From positions 96,001 through 160,000 of the forward strand of contig CAVZJB010000017.1 in the NCBI GenBank assembly GCA_963775425.1: a DNA stretch of 64,000 nt, in the 5' to 3' direction. A program made the translations under genes and the position numbers. Under the pieces are notes generated by a model that was not told the origin of the DNA, searched no databases, and saw nothing but the letters and a program-made list of their open reading frames with translations. This document shows positions 38,374 through 47,335 of the stretch, one piece after another; within the stretch, counting starts at the first letter, position 1, and each line of letters starts with the position of its first letter. This DNA comes from an uncultured delta proteobacterium (GTDB lineage: Bacteria; Myxococcota; UBA727; VGSZ01).

Positions 38374-38445
38374 GGACTCCCCTCCAGATACGCGGATTTC
38401 GTTGCTTGTAGCCGGAAACCGGCCGATTTGGCACGCTGGCGCCGG

Positions 38446-39933
38446 ATGACCGAGAAGAGACAGCGCGCGACGGATGTGAAGGTGGGCCTTTTCGTGGCCG
38501 CCGGCATCGCCGCCACCTTCGCCAGCCTGTTCCTCGTCGGACAGGAGCGGCGGCTGTGGGAAAAGACCGTCGATCTGCGGGCCCAATTTTCGAACGTCGG
38601 CGGCCTGAAGGTCGGCGGCGCCGTCCGCCTGGCCGGCGTCAACATCGGCATCGTCTCCAAAATCGAGCTGCCGCCCGCGGATCCCCTCGCCGACGAGCGG
38701 GTGGTCAAGCGGACCTCGCTCGCCAACAAGAAGCTGGACCCGGCCACCGCCTGGGACCTGCCCATCGCCAACAAGACGTTCCCGCACCCCATCAACCTCG
38801 CCCTGCTCGCGCACGATCCCGACGAGAAGCTCGAGGTCACCATCGAGGCCCAGGGCAAGAACCTCCAGGGTGAGCCCGCCAAGGAGCGCATCCTCCTGCG
38901 CCTGCGGCAGTCGGAGGGGATCGCGCTCGGCAAGATCTACTTCTCGGAGATCGACCGGGTCTCCGTCGTCGTCCTCAAGGACGCCGACACCGACGACGAG
39001 AAGCGCGGGCCCACCCTCCAGGTGGGCGATGGCACCGTCCGCAAGCTGAACGTGGTGCTGCGCGTCTCGGAGAAATTCCTGCAGCGCATCCGCGTCGACA
39101 GCGAGGCCAGCGTCGTCGGCGAGGGGCTCCTCGGCGACAAGTACATCGACATCTCCATCGGCTCCACGTCCAAGCCGCCGGCCAAGGACGGTGACCTGCT
39201 GTTGTCCAACGACGCCGTCGACTTCACGGCGGCGCTGGCCGACACCGGCGAGATCATCGACAACGTCAACTCGTCCACCGAGTCCATCCGGGCGCTGCTC
39301 GACGGCTTCAGGAAGGCCGGCGGCGAAGCCACGGTGGTGGCGGCCATGGAGTCCATCCAGGACATCGCCAACGGGGTGCAGAAGGGCAAAGGCCTGGAGA
39401 TGCTCCTCGACAAGAAGTCCGCCAAGGACGTGAAGGCCATCGTCGAAAACGCGCGCACGTCGTCCGAGAAGCTCGACAGCAACCTCGCCCGGCTCGACGG
39501 CATCCTCGCCGACGTCAAGGGCAACGACTCCCTCGCGCACGCCCTCCTGTACACCGATGGTGGCGCCCAGACCGTCGGCGACGCGCGCAAGCTCATCGCC
39601 GAGGCCACCGGCGTCGTCGGCGACGTGCGCACGCAGCCGGGCTTCGTGCACAACCTCATCTACGAGAAGGACCGCGGCGAGATCCTGCAAAACGCGAATT
39701 CCGCGAGCGCGGACGTCAAGGCCATGACGGCGGACCTGCGCCAGATCGTCGCCGACGCCAAGAACGGCAAGGGCACCGTGGGCCGCCTCCTCGCGGACCC
39801 GAGCGTCTACGAGGACCTGAAGGTCCTCCTCGGCAACGTGCGCAGAAACGACGCCATCAAGGCCCTCGTGCGCTACTCCATCTCGCAGGAAGACAAGCGC
39901 GCCGCCAAACAGCCGGAGCCGGCGCCGAAGTGA
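38446..39933 (+). CDS. mlaD: MlaD/MCE-family protein with an inserted domain and long helical tail
   Basis: VKVGLFV TM; FSNVGGLKVGGAVRLAGVNIG; EGLLGDKYIDISIG; GTVGRLLADPSVYE. Confidence 0.85.
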   Translation: MTEKRQRATDVKVGLFVAAGIAATFASLFLVGQERRLWEKTVDLRAQFSNVGGLKVGGAVRLAGVNIGIVSKIELPPADPLADERVVKRTSLANKKLDPATAWDLPIANKTFPHPINLALLAHDPDEKLEVTIEAQGKNLQGEPAKERILLRLRQSEGIALGKIYFSEIDRVSVVVLKDADTDDEKRGPTLQVGDGTVRKLNVVLRVSEKFLQRIRVDSEASVVGEGLLGDKYIDISIGSTSKPPAKDGDLLLSNDAVDFTAALADTGEIIDNVNSSTESIRALLDGFRKAGGEATVVAAMESIQDIANGVQKGKGLEMLLDKKSAKDVKAIVENARTSSEKLDSNLARLDGILADVKGNDSLAHALLYTDGGAQTVGDARKLIAEATGVVGDVRTQPGFVHNLIYEKDRGEILQNANSASADVKAMTADLRQIVADAKNGKGTVGRLLADPSVYEDLKVLLGNVRRNDAIKALVRYSISQEDKRAAKQPEPAPK

Positions 39934-41717
39934 ACGCGCCGACGAAGCCGGCGGCGGACGAGCCGCCGCGCCACGATTCGAGCGAGGGCCGGTACGTCGG
40001 CTGGCGCGCGGTGCGCGCGGGGATGCGGGCCCGCCGCGTGCTGATGCGCCGCCGCCTGGCCGCGGAGCTCGCGCAGGGCACCGGGCGCGCGGTCGGCCTC
40101 TTCGCCATCGGCCTCGGCATCGCGGGCTGCATCCTCCTCGCGGGCTACGCCGGCGGCTTCTGGGTGGTGTTCAAGGGCGCCCCGGAGCTCGTCGAGACGT
40201 TCACGAGCGCCGCGCTCCTGTTCCTGTCGGGCGCCCTCATCCTGTCGTCGCTGGGCCACGCCGCTCAGTGCTTTTTTTCGTCGAAGGAGCTGTGGTTCTG
40301 GGACTCCACGCCGGTGCCGCCGTGGGCCCGCTTCGTCGATCGCGCCACGGAGACCGCCGCCGCCGCCGCGCCCACCACCGTCGCCCTCGGCATGTTCGGC
40401 CTCCTCGGCCTGATGCTCGGCGCGTCGCTCGGCGCGGCCGCCATGGTGCGCGCGATCGTCGCCATCCTCGTCGTCGCGAGCGTGCCGGTGTCCATCGGCA
40501 TCTTCCTCGCGCACGCCGGCGGCGCCGTGCTCCCCGCGGGCAAGCTCCGGCGCATCTCGTTCGTCCTGCTCGGCGTGTCCGTCACGGCGGTGCTCGTGTG
40601 GTTCCGCCGCGCCGGCGTCGACAAGCTCGTCACCCCCGAGGGCGCCGCCGACCTGCTCGCCGCCGCCCGCGGCACCAAGGAGGTGGGCCCGCACCTGCTC
40701 CCGTCGAGCCTTGGCGCGCAGTTCGTCATCTCCGGCGACGCGGCCGCGTTCGCCGGCATGTGCGCGTGGGCCGCGGGCGTCCTCGCGCTCGCGTTCCTCT
40801 CGCACCGCTTCTTGTCGCGGCGCGCGCGCGAGCTCGCCGTCGACGAGTCGCCGGTGGGCATCCTGCGCGGCTCCGCCGCCGACCGCGCCCTCGCGTTCGT
40901 GGTGCGCCCCGTGCGCGACGAGCTCAAGGCGGTGGTGGAGAAGGACCTCCTCGCGTTCTTGCGCGACCCTGCGCAGTGGGGCCAGGTGATCCTGCTCCTC
41001 GGCGTCGGCGTGCTCTACCTCGTCACCGCCAGCGGGATGCGCACGCAGCTCGCGCAGATGCCGCTCGCGTCCACGGTGCTCCTGCCGGGGATGCACACCG
41101 GGCTCGTCGCGTTCATCGCCGCCGGCCTCGCGGTGCGCTTCGCCTTTCCGCAGGTGGGACTCGAGGGACCGGCCGTGTGGATCGTCGACGGCTCGCCGCT
41201 TCACCCGCGCGCGCTGTTGACCGCCAAGGTCATCGCCAGCCTGCCGGTGGTGGTGGTGTACCCGACGATCGTTTGCGTCGTCGGCGGCGGCGTCCTCGGC
41301 CTGCACCCGGCGCTGTGGTTCGCGAGCACGGCCATCTGCGCCTGCGTCGCCCTCGGCGTCGCCGCGTTCGGCGTCGGGCGGGGCGCGGTGAACCCGCTGT
41401 TCGACGCCACCAGCCTCTCCGAGCTCGCCATCGGCCCCGGCGCGCTGTCGACGATGCTCCTGAGCGTCATGTTCGCCTTCTTCGGCTCCCTCGGCGCGTT
41501 CTTCGCCGGTGACGCCGTGGCCGCCGGCCACCGGCTGTCGACGCCGGCGACGGTCGCGGCGGTGCTCGTGTCGTGCGCGGTGCCGTCGCTCATCGCGCTG
41601 TTCGCGGGGCGGCGTGCGCTGGACAAGGGCGCCGCCGCGTTGGTGCGACGCCGCGAGGACGAAGCCGTCCGTCAGTTCCTCACGGACGCGCCGCGCACCG
41701 TCGTCGTGGACGCCTGA
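39930..41717 (+). CDS. Putative ABC-2-type exporter permease (multi-pass membrane protein)
   Basis: Many hydrophobic segments; EKDLLAFLRDPAQW, RFAFPQVGLEG, LLTAK motifs; GTGA overlap with mlaD. Confidence 0.75.
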   Translation: MNAPTKPAADEPPRHDSSEGRYVGWRAVRAGMRARRVLMRRRLAAELAQGTGRAVGLFAIGLGIAGCILLAGYAGGFWVVFKGAPELVETFTSAALLFLSGALILSSLGHAAQCFFSSKELWFWDSTPVPPWARFVDRATETAAAAAPTTVALGMFGLLGLMLGASLGAAAMVRAIVAILVVASVPVSIGIFLAHAGGAVLPAGKLRRISFVLLGVSVTAVLVWFRRAGVDKLVTPEGAADLLAAARGTKEVGPHLLPSSLGAQFVISGDAAAFAGMCAWAAGVLALAFLSHRFLSRRARELAVDESPVGILRGSAADRALAFVVRPVRDELKAVVEKDLLAFLRDPAQWGQVILLLGVGVLYLVTASGMRTQLAQMPLASTVLLPGMHTGLVAFIAAGLAVRFAFPQVGLEGPAVWIVDGSPLHPRALLTAKVIASLPVVVVYPTIVCVVGGGVLGLHPALWFASTAICACVALGVAAFGVGRGAVNPLFDATSLSELAIGPGALSTMLLSVMFAFFGSLGAFFAGDAVAAGHRLSTPATVAAVLVSCAVPSLIALFAGRRALDKGAAALVRRREDEAVRQFLTDAPRTVVVDA

Positions 41718-41732
41718 CGACGACAGCCGCCG

Positions 41733-42284
41733 TCAGCCGAACGACGAGAAGAGCGGGTGGTTGCGGTACGTCTCTTCTTCCTCTTCCGTGCCGGTGACCC
41801 GCTCGATGCGGATGGGCTTGAGGGCGCCGCGTGCGCTCGGGATGGGCGCGCGCTGGACGTTCGGGATGGTGGGGTCCTCGGCGGCGTCGAGGAAGATGGA
41901 GGCGGCGCGGCCGAGGTACGGCAGGGCGATGGCCTCGAAGGCCTCGTAGTCGTCGAGGCCCTCGGTGGCGTCGGCGGAGTTCTCGACGATGAAGCGCCGG
42001 ATGACCGGGAGGAAGCCCAGGGCCGCGGTGGCGAAGTCCTCGACGCGAAAGCCCATCGACGCCCGGAGCTGGGCGATGTGGCTGGCGGCGTCGAGGAGAG
42101 CGCGTTCATCACCGCGCGCGAGGAGCGGCTCGACCCCCAGGAGCAGGGCCAGGAAGCTGCGCTCCTGCGCCGTGTTGTCTACCTGCTCGTACCGCGGCAC
42201 CAGGGCGCGGGTCTGTCTCACCAGCGCCCGGGCAATCCGCACGCGGTGGCTTCGCAACAGCTTGACGACGCGCTCCATGCTCAT
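41733..42284 (-). CDS. Hypothetical all-helical protein, possibly RsbRD-N/globin-like sensor domain
   Basis: GC3-rich codon usage; HIAQLRASMGFRVED motif resembles RsbRD_N. Confidence 0.5.
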   Translation of the reverse strand: MSMERVVKLLRSHRVRIARALVRQTRALVPRYEQVDNTAQERSFLALLLGVEPLLARGDERALLDAASHIAQLRASMGFRVEDFATAALGFLPVIRRFIVENSADATEGLDDYEAFEAIALPYLGRAASIFLDAAEDPTIPNVQRAPIPSARGALKPIRIERVTGTEEEEETYRNHPLFSSFG

Positions 42285-42494
42285 TCGGGCTCCGTTTGTG
42301 CGGACTCTGGCGGTGGACAGTATAGTGGCGACTCCAGGGGACCACGAGCCCCCGAGTCGCGCGGTGTTCGGAGCGTCGCTCCACGCGCGGCGGCGGCGCG
42401 TAGCGCGCATCGGCGGCGCAGCGTGTCCGTGCCCGAACGGGCAGCAGGAGCGAGGGCTCGCTCCGGTACTCGCCGAGAAGGGAGGTGGTCCAAC

Positions 42495-42539
42495 GTGCAT
42501 TGTTCAAGACCTACGGCTCGTGAGGTGGCGACGACCTGA
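42495..42539 (+). CDS. Candidate 14-aa mini-ORF (MHCSRPTAREVATT) with an extended Shine-Dalgarno
   Basis: AAGGGAGGTGGTCCAAC directly before GTG; followed by a hairpin and a terminator. Confidence 0.4.
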   Translation: MHCSRPTAREVATT

Positions 42540-42582
42540 TCGCTCCCCGGTCACGGGGAGCTGATCACAGCCCCCGCCACCG

Positions 42583-42625
42583 CCGCGGCTCTGTTCTTCT
42601 TCGAAGAACAGGGCCGCGGTTTTTT
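42583..42625 (+). terminator. Intrinsic terminator
   Basis: CCGCGGCTCTGTTCTTC-TTC-GAAGAACAGGGCCGCGG stem followed by TTTTTT. Confidence 0.85.
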
Positions 42626-42667
42626 GTCCGGGGGCCGCGCGCGTTCGGCGCGTCCGCCGCCTGAGCC

Positions 42668-42698
42668 GCGTCAGTGCGTCAGTGCGTCAGTGCGTCAG
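42668..42698. repeat. Tandem 8-mer (GCGTCAGT) x ~4
   Basis: Read directly; overlaps the sspB stop codon. Confidence 0.85.
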
Positions 42699-43420
42699 CC
42701 TTTGACGAGGCGAAGCCCGGGTCCGCGCGGCGGCTTGTCGTCGTCACCACCGCCGGCGGCGTCGCCCTCTGCGGCGTCGGCCTCGTGCTCCTCGGAAGGG
42801 GCGTCCTCCAACGAGGCACTCCGAAGCTCTTTTTCGTGCTGCTCGCGCGTGGCGCGCAGCAGGCGCTCCACCTGCAGGTCGAGCACGCGCTCGAGGTGCT
42901 CCACCGAGGCCTCGGGCAATTGCTCGAGGATTTCGGTGGGGAGCGAGCCCGCCCAGGTCAGGCGCTCGTTGTCGACGTGCGAGAACAGCGCGTAGACCGA
43001 GGACCAAGGCACGTCGCAGAAGAACGGGTGGCGGTTGAACGACAGCGACGCGCGCACGCCGCGCTCGTCGTAGCCGAAGTCGGCGAGGCCGAAGCGCTCG
43101 GAGAAGTCGAGGTTGAGCTGCGGCTCGTCGACGTATTGCGGGGGGACGCTCACCCCTGCCCTGCGGGCGTCGAGGGTGACCATCACCTTGCCGCGATCGA
43201 TGAACCGGCCGAACACGGCGTACTTCTGCGGCGCGGTGGGGTCGCTCGGCGACGTGCGCTGGGCGCGCTTGAAGTCGACGCGGACGACGTTGGCGACCTC
43301 ACGCTCGTCCTTGTCCTCTTCGTGCTCGTCGTCGTGTGCCTCTTCCGGCGGGTGGGCGCCGTCATCGCCCGTCGGGGTTGCGCCCTCGGACGCGCCGGCG
43401 TCTTCCGTGTCGTCGGTCAT
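42695..43420 (-). CDS. sspB: Stringent starvation protein B (ClpXP adaptor) family
   Basis: VTLDARRAGVSVP, LNLDFS, GVRASLSFNRHPFFCDVPWSSVYAL; C-terminal GLRLVKG (ClpX-binding-like). Confidence 0.85.
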   Translation of the reverse strand: MTDDTEDAGASEGATPTGDDGAHPPEEAHDDEHEEDKDEREVANVVRVDFKRAQRTSPSDPTAPQKYAVFGRFIDRGKVMVTLDARRAGVSVPPQYVDEPQLNLDFSERFGLADFGYDERGVRASLSFNRHPFFCDVPWSSVYALFSHVDNERLTWAGSLPTEILEQLPEASVEHLERVLDLQVERLLRATREQHEKELRSASLEDAPSEEHEADAAEGDAAGGGDDDKPPRGPGLRLVKG

Positions 43421-44127
43421 CGTTTGGAGCGTAGCATCCCAAACAAGCCAGCGGCGACGACGAGCACGGAGAAGATCCCGATCGCAACGCCCCACACGAG
43501 ATAGAAGCCCCCGAGCGACTGGGCGACCGCGACGACGTCGGACGCGAGGTCGCCTTCGGCGGTGTGGGCCACGCGCGTGAACAAATAGTCGCCGCGGGAA
43601 AACACCGACATTCCGAGGTCGACGCCGGCGAACGCGGCGACCACCTGCGTGTGCGCGCCCGACAATCGCGCGCCGAGCACGAGGAAGACGACGCCCCAGG
43701 CGGCGACGACGACGCGGCCGAACATGTTGCCGAGCACGAGCGCGGCCGCGGCGACGCAGAGCGCACCGAGCAGGAGGAGCGCGACGCGCGAGAGCTTCCG
43801 TCTGCGCGCGGCGATGAAGAAGAACGCGGCGGCGAAGGCGGGGCCGACGAGGCCGCCGGCGGCGACGAGCCCGTTGGCGACGTCGCCGAGCGCACCGGTG
43901 TGGTGGGTGACGCCGGAGCCGTCGGCGTGGACGGTGACCGTGAACCAACCGCCGCCGAGCACGGTGGCGGTGACGCCGTGCCCGAGCTCGTGGGCGAAGG
44001 TCTGCAGCCACGTAAACGGCCGGAGGAGCATGCGCGCGAGCGGCACGTGCGGGAGCACCAGGAACACCGCGGCGGCGACGAGCAGCGCGCGGCGGGCGTT
44101 CTTGGCGACGTCATTTTCCTCGGCCAT
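43417..44127 (-). CDS. M50B-like membrane metallopeptidase
   Basis: TFAHELGH zinc motif; DGSGVT, AAGGLVGP; multiple TM segments; late SD motif. Confidence 0.85.
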   Translation of the reverse strand: MAEENDVAKNARRALLVAAAVFLVLPHVPLARMLLRPFTWLQTFAHELGHGVTATVLGGGWFTVTVHADGSGVTHHTGALGDVANGLVAAGGLVGPAFAAAFFFIAARRRKLSRVALLLLGALCVAAAALVLGNMFGRVVVAAWGVVFLVLGARLSGAHTQVVAAFAGVDLGMSVFSRGDYLFTRVAHTAEGDLASDVVAVAQSLGGFYLVWGVAIGIFSVLVVAAGLFGMLRSKR

Positions 44128-44217
44128 CGGCTGAACGTATCGCGGCGAGGGTCCCGGCGCTGTGACCCTTGAGCAGGCGCGGAAGGCCAGGTGTGGGCGT
44201 GCCCCCTGCGAAGAGCG

Positions 44218-44245
44218 TTGTCGCGCGGCGCCGGGCGAGTACACT
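44218..44245 (+). promoter_or_regulatory. Putative sigma70 promoter of ssrA
   Basis: TTGTCG-N16-TACACT, 14 nt before the tmRNA 5' end. Confidence 0.45.
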
Positions 44246-44259
44246 GCGAGGGTCGCCAT

Positions 44260-44624
44260 GGGGGCGACCAGGACTTCGACGAGGGGAGGAAGCGCTCTGC
44301 AGCACGCCGCGGGTTCCCAATCCACCGCGTTGAAACGGACAGGGAAAACACAAAAGCCAACGACAACGTTGAGCTCGCTCTCGCGGCCTAAAAAACCGCT
44401 AGCGACGCTGGCCTGAAGACCGCCTCTTCGAAAGGGTCCCAGCGTGTTCAGTGAGGCTGGCGCCGACGAGCCCTTTGCCGTCGTCGGCGTGAGAAACAGG
44501 TGAAGGACTCGGCGTGGGAGGGTGTCCGTGGTCGCCCTCGTCGAGCACAAATCACGGACTAAGCGTGTAGCGGCAGATCGCGGATGCCTTTCGGACGCGG
44601 GTTCGATTCCCGCCGCCTCCACCA
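44260..44624 (+). ncRNA. ssrA: tmRNA; tag peptide ANDNVELALAA (44356-44391)
   Basis: 5' GGGGGCGA...TTCGAC; 3' GACGCGGGTTCGATTCCCGCCGCCTCCACCA; canonical tag frame ending LAA-TAA. Confidence 0.97.
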
Positions 44625-44634
44625 CTCGGCGTCG

Positions 44635-44692
44635 CCGACACGACGCGTGAAGAAGCCCGCCTGACGGCGGGCTTCTTCACGCGTCGTGTCGG
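44635..44692 (+). terminator. 27-bp perfect hairpin downstream of tmRNA
   Basis: CCGACACGACGCGTGAAGAAGCCCGCC-TGAC-GGCGGGCTTCTTCACGCGTCGTGTCGG. Confidence 0.75.
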
Positions 44693-45038
44693 ACGACCGC
44701 CTCGGGTCGGCCGCAGCACCCGGCGCCCTTTGGCGGCGTTCGTTTGCTCGCCGCGTGAGTGCGGCGCCTGGGTGCCATCGCGCTCTCGCGCGATGAGGTC
44801 TGCGCTGCGCGCAGACGGCGGCCGGGTGCGTTCTCTGTGGGGGCTGCGCCCCCACACCCCGCTTCAGGCCGGAACCCCGACAAGCATCCACCCCTTCGAG
44901 CCAAGACATCTTCTCGACCGTCTTCCGTCCGCTTGGGATTCCCAATCCAATGCACTTCGGGCTGCCGCCTACCGGCAGCGCACGTCCGGGTGTATCCAGG
45001 GACCCTCGTGGGGATTCTCGCCGGTTGGGGTCTCGGGA

Positions 45039-45137
45039 ATGGCGAATGAACAGGCCGGGAACTTTGCGTTCCTGAGAGGGGAGGACGACCTCCTCCACCG
45101 GCTTGCCATGGACGCCGAGCGCGCGTTCGCGCACGAC
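45039..45137 (+). pseudogene. N-terminal fragment of a type I restriction enzyme R subunit (EcoKI HsdR-like)
   Basis: GNFAFLRGEDDLLHRLAMDAERAFAHD resembles the recalled NF[AE]FL...AE....D start of HsdR; similarity stops abruptly. Confidence 0.55.
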
Positions 45138-45283
45138 TCCGCGTTGCGCTCACGCCACTCGGCTTGCTGCTTCGCCCGCACCTCGCGTCGGCACTCCGCC
45201 GAGCAGATGTGGTGGCGCTTGCCTACGCGAGCATCGACGCGGAACCAGTGGCCGCAGTGCGAACACGGACGCTTCTTCGCCAT
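45138..45283 (-). pseudogene. Truncated Zn-finger protein of a type associated with mobile elements
   Basis: MAKKRPCSHCGHWFRVDARVGKRHHICSAECRR...WRERN. Confidence 0.5.
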
Positions 45284-45397
45284 CCGCCAATCGTGCCGCC
45301 GGGCGCGCACAGCGCGCCGCCCGCGGAGGTGGACTGCTTCTCGCGAGCAGACCCGGACTGATTCTCGCGAGCATCAAAGGTCCGCAAGGAGAAGACC

Positions 45398-46162
45398 GTG
45401 GCGGCGTGGGAGTTCGACGTCGAGCTGATTCCGAGGGCGTGGTGCCTGGCGCACTCGCCGGGAGAGCTCCGCGCTCCGGACGGGACCAGCGACACGCAGC
45501 GAGCCTGGTCGTCGGTGCCCACTCCCGCCGAGCCGCTCGGGCGCGAGCTGACGTCGCGTTTCGGCGATCCCGGGGCGCCGGTGGCGAGCGACACGAGTTG
45601 GCTCATCTGGAACGACGACGGAAAGAGCCGCTTCGACCTCTTCAGGGGCGCGGGGATGATCGAGTCCTTCTACGTTCGCGTCGACGCGCGGTCTTCCAAT
45701 CCGGCGTCGAGGAGTCGCGTCGTCGCACTCGCCCGTGCGCTCGAGTGCCTTCTCTGGCCGCGGGGCGGCCGCGTGTTCTTGGAGCCATCGGAGGGCGCTC
45801 TTGCTGCCGCGCTCGAATGTTCGCGGGCGCGCTCATGGGCTGTGCCCGCGCGCGTGCCGCCGAGCGACGAGCACCTCGTCGTCGTGTTTCGTGGCGTCGT
45901 CCTTGGCGTCTGCCGGTTCTCCGGGCGCGACCAGTCGATGGGTGTTGCCTATGGGGAGCTCGAGGTCACCGCCGCCTACGAGAGCCACCGCATCGATGCG
46001 CTCGCCGCCCCCACGGAGCTCGAGCTCTTCAATCGGCTCGGCGAGCGCATCGCGACCAACTCGATGTGGCTTCACGACGTGACCGACGAGCTCGGCGAGC
46101 CGTACGTCGAGGTGACTGCTCAAGGCGGCAGCTTCAGCTCGGACAGCGCGCGCCGCAGTTGA
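45398..46162 (+). CDS. Hypothetical protein
   Basis: AAGGAG RBS before GTG; 254-aa ORF. Confidence 0.55.
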   Translation: MAAWEFDVELIPRAWCLAHSPGELRAPDGTSDTQRAWSSVPTPAEPLGRELTSRFGDPGAPVASDTSWLIWNDDGKSRFDLFRGAGMIESFYVRVDARSSNPASRSRVVALARALECLLWPRGGRVFLEPSEGALAAALECSRARSWAVPARVPPSDEHLVVVFRGVVLGVCRFSGRDQSMGVAYGELEVTAAYESHRIDALAAPTELELFNRLGERIATNSMWLHDVTDELGEPYVEVTAQGGSFSSDSARRS

Positions 46163-46595
46163 AGGTCCCTGAGTCTGGTGGTGTGCTCGAGGGGCTCGAG
46201 CACACCGCCGACGCTCCACTACGCGGACGCGGCGGAGCATGCTTCGCATGCCCTGACCTCGCGACGAATCTCCCAGCCGATGCCGCCCGGATCGTCCTTC
46301 CAGTCCTCACGATCGCGCACCCCAGGTTCGCGCATCGCCTGTTTCCGGCGGGGATAGACCTTCTCTCGGCGCGGGCGTCCATCAGCGTAACCGGGCCGGC
46401 GTCGAGATGGAGCGCCTCGAGGACGCGCCTTCGCGACCGTCGACGTGGGTCGGTGAGCGCCCAACCCGCCCGGTGCATGAGCTCGTGCGCGCACGTCAAC
46501 CTGCACGTGCGCTCGATATGCGCGGCGTTCATGCGCGTCGTCGTGTGGAACAAGACCGGGTTGCGGGCAGCAAGGGAGGCCGCGTCGAACATCAT
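46134..46595 (-). pseudogene. Possible truncated DarT/ADP-ribosyltransferase-like protein
   Basis: N-terminal PVLFHTTTRMNAAHIERTCRL resembles the L[YF]H.T...N...I...L start of DarT-like folds; the remainder does not look protein-like. Confidence 0.25.
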
Positions 46596-46744
46596 CGAAT
46601 CCCCGCACAAGAGTAGCGAGGTCGGCACCTCGTTCACGTGGAACGCGTCCGCGTTCCGGATTCGCCCATGGAAAGTCACGTGGGGCGTTACCCTGCCGGC
46701 TCGAAACCGGAACGCCTGCGTGCCGGGCATCGCCGCTCGGTGCG

Positions 46745-46778
46745 CCTGGTTGCGTTTAGGACGTCCCTGGTTGCGTTT
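46745..46778. promoter_or_regulatory. 13-bp direct repeat (CCTGGTTGCGTTT) with 21-bp period upstream of the HTH-PIN operon; putative operator
   Basis: Copies at 46745-46757 and 46766-46778. Confidence 0.5.
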
Positions 46779-46816
46779 GGGTCGGTTGGTCTCTATCGTG
46801 GTGCCAGGATGGCACC

Positions 46817-47323
46817 ATGACCACGACGACGCATCGCCTCGAGGATGAGATCCGCCGGATGACGCCGGTGGCCGCACCGCGTGAGCAGATCGCGCAGGTC
46901 GACGCCCTCTTCCACGCTCTCGAGGGCATGAGTCGTCCGGGGAAGCGGAAGTTTCCGCGCTGCCAGCTCGTCGGGCCGAACGGCAAGTCCATCGCGTTGC
47001 CCGAGTCGGTCTTCTACGTGCTCGAGCGCGTTGCCGAAGTGATGGCGCGCGGCGACTCGGTCACCGTCGTGCCGGTCGGCAAGGAGCTCACGACGCAGCA
47101 AGCGGCCGACCTGCTCAACGTCTCGCGCCAGTACCTTGTCCGCCTTCTCGAAGAAGAGCGCATCCCGTTCACGAAGACCGGGAAGCATCGCCGGCTCAAG
47201 ATCGACGACGTGCTCGCGTTCAAGGCGACCCGCGACAAGGATCGGCGAGCCGGCGTGCGCGAGCTCTCCCGGATGACCGAGGAGCTCGGCGGGTACGACC
47301 GCGAGCGGAAGAAGAAGCCGTAG
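46817..47323 (+). CDS. Excisionase-family (HTH_17) DNA-binding protein, putative antitoxin
   Basis: ELTTQQAADLLNVSRQYLVRLLEEERIPFTKTGKHRR; directly upstream of the PIN gene. Confidence 0.88.
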   Translation: MTTTTHRLEDEIRRMTPVAAPREQIAQVDALFHALEGMSRPGKRKFPRCQLVGPNGKSIALPESVFYVLERVAEVMARGDSVTVVPVGKELTTQQAADLLNVSRQYLVRLLEEERIPFTKTGKHRRLKIDDVLAFKATRDKDRRAGVRELSRMTEELGGYDRERKKKP

Positions 47324-47335
47324 TCTCGTCGGGTT

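Noticed and set aside
35380-38445. 1517-aa plus-strand ORF apparently extending MlaD
   Set aside because: The upstream part is the antisense shadow of the rSAM and repeat-protein genes; the MlaD-like sequence begins at ATG 38446
38429-38445. TGGCACG sigma54-like -24 box
   Set aside because: The GC of the -12 element is not at the required spacing, and the site is too close to the start codon
38374-39690. 902-aa minus-strand ORF extension
   Set aside because: Antisense shadow of mlaD; the RBS and ATG are at 38373
44128-44625. N-terminal extension of the M50 peptidase ORF
   Set aside because: Runs antisense through the tmRNA (MVEAAGIEPAS is its reverse-complemented 3' end)
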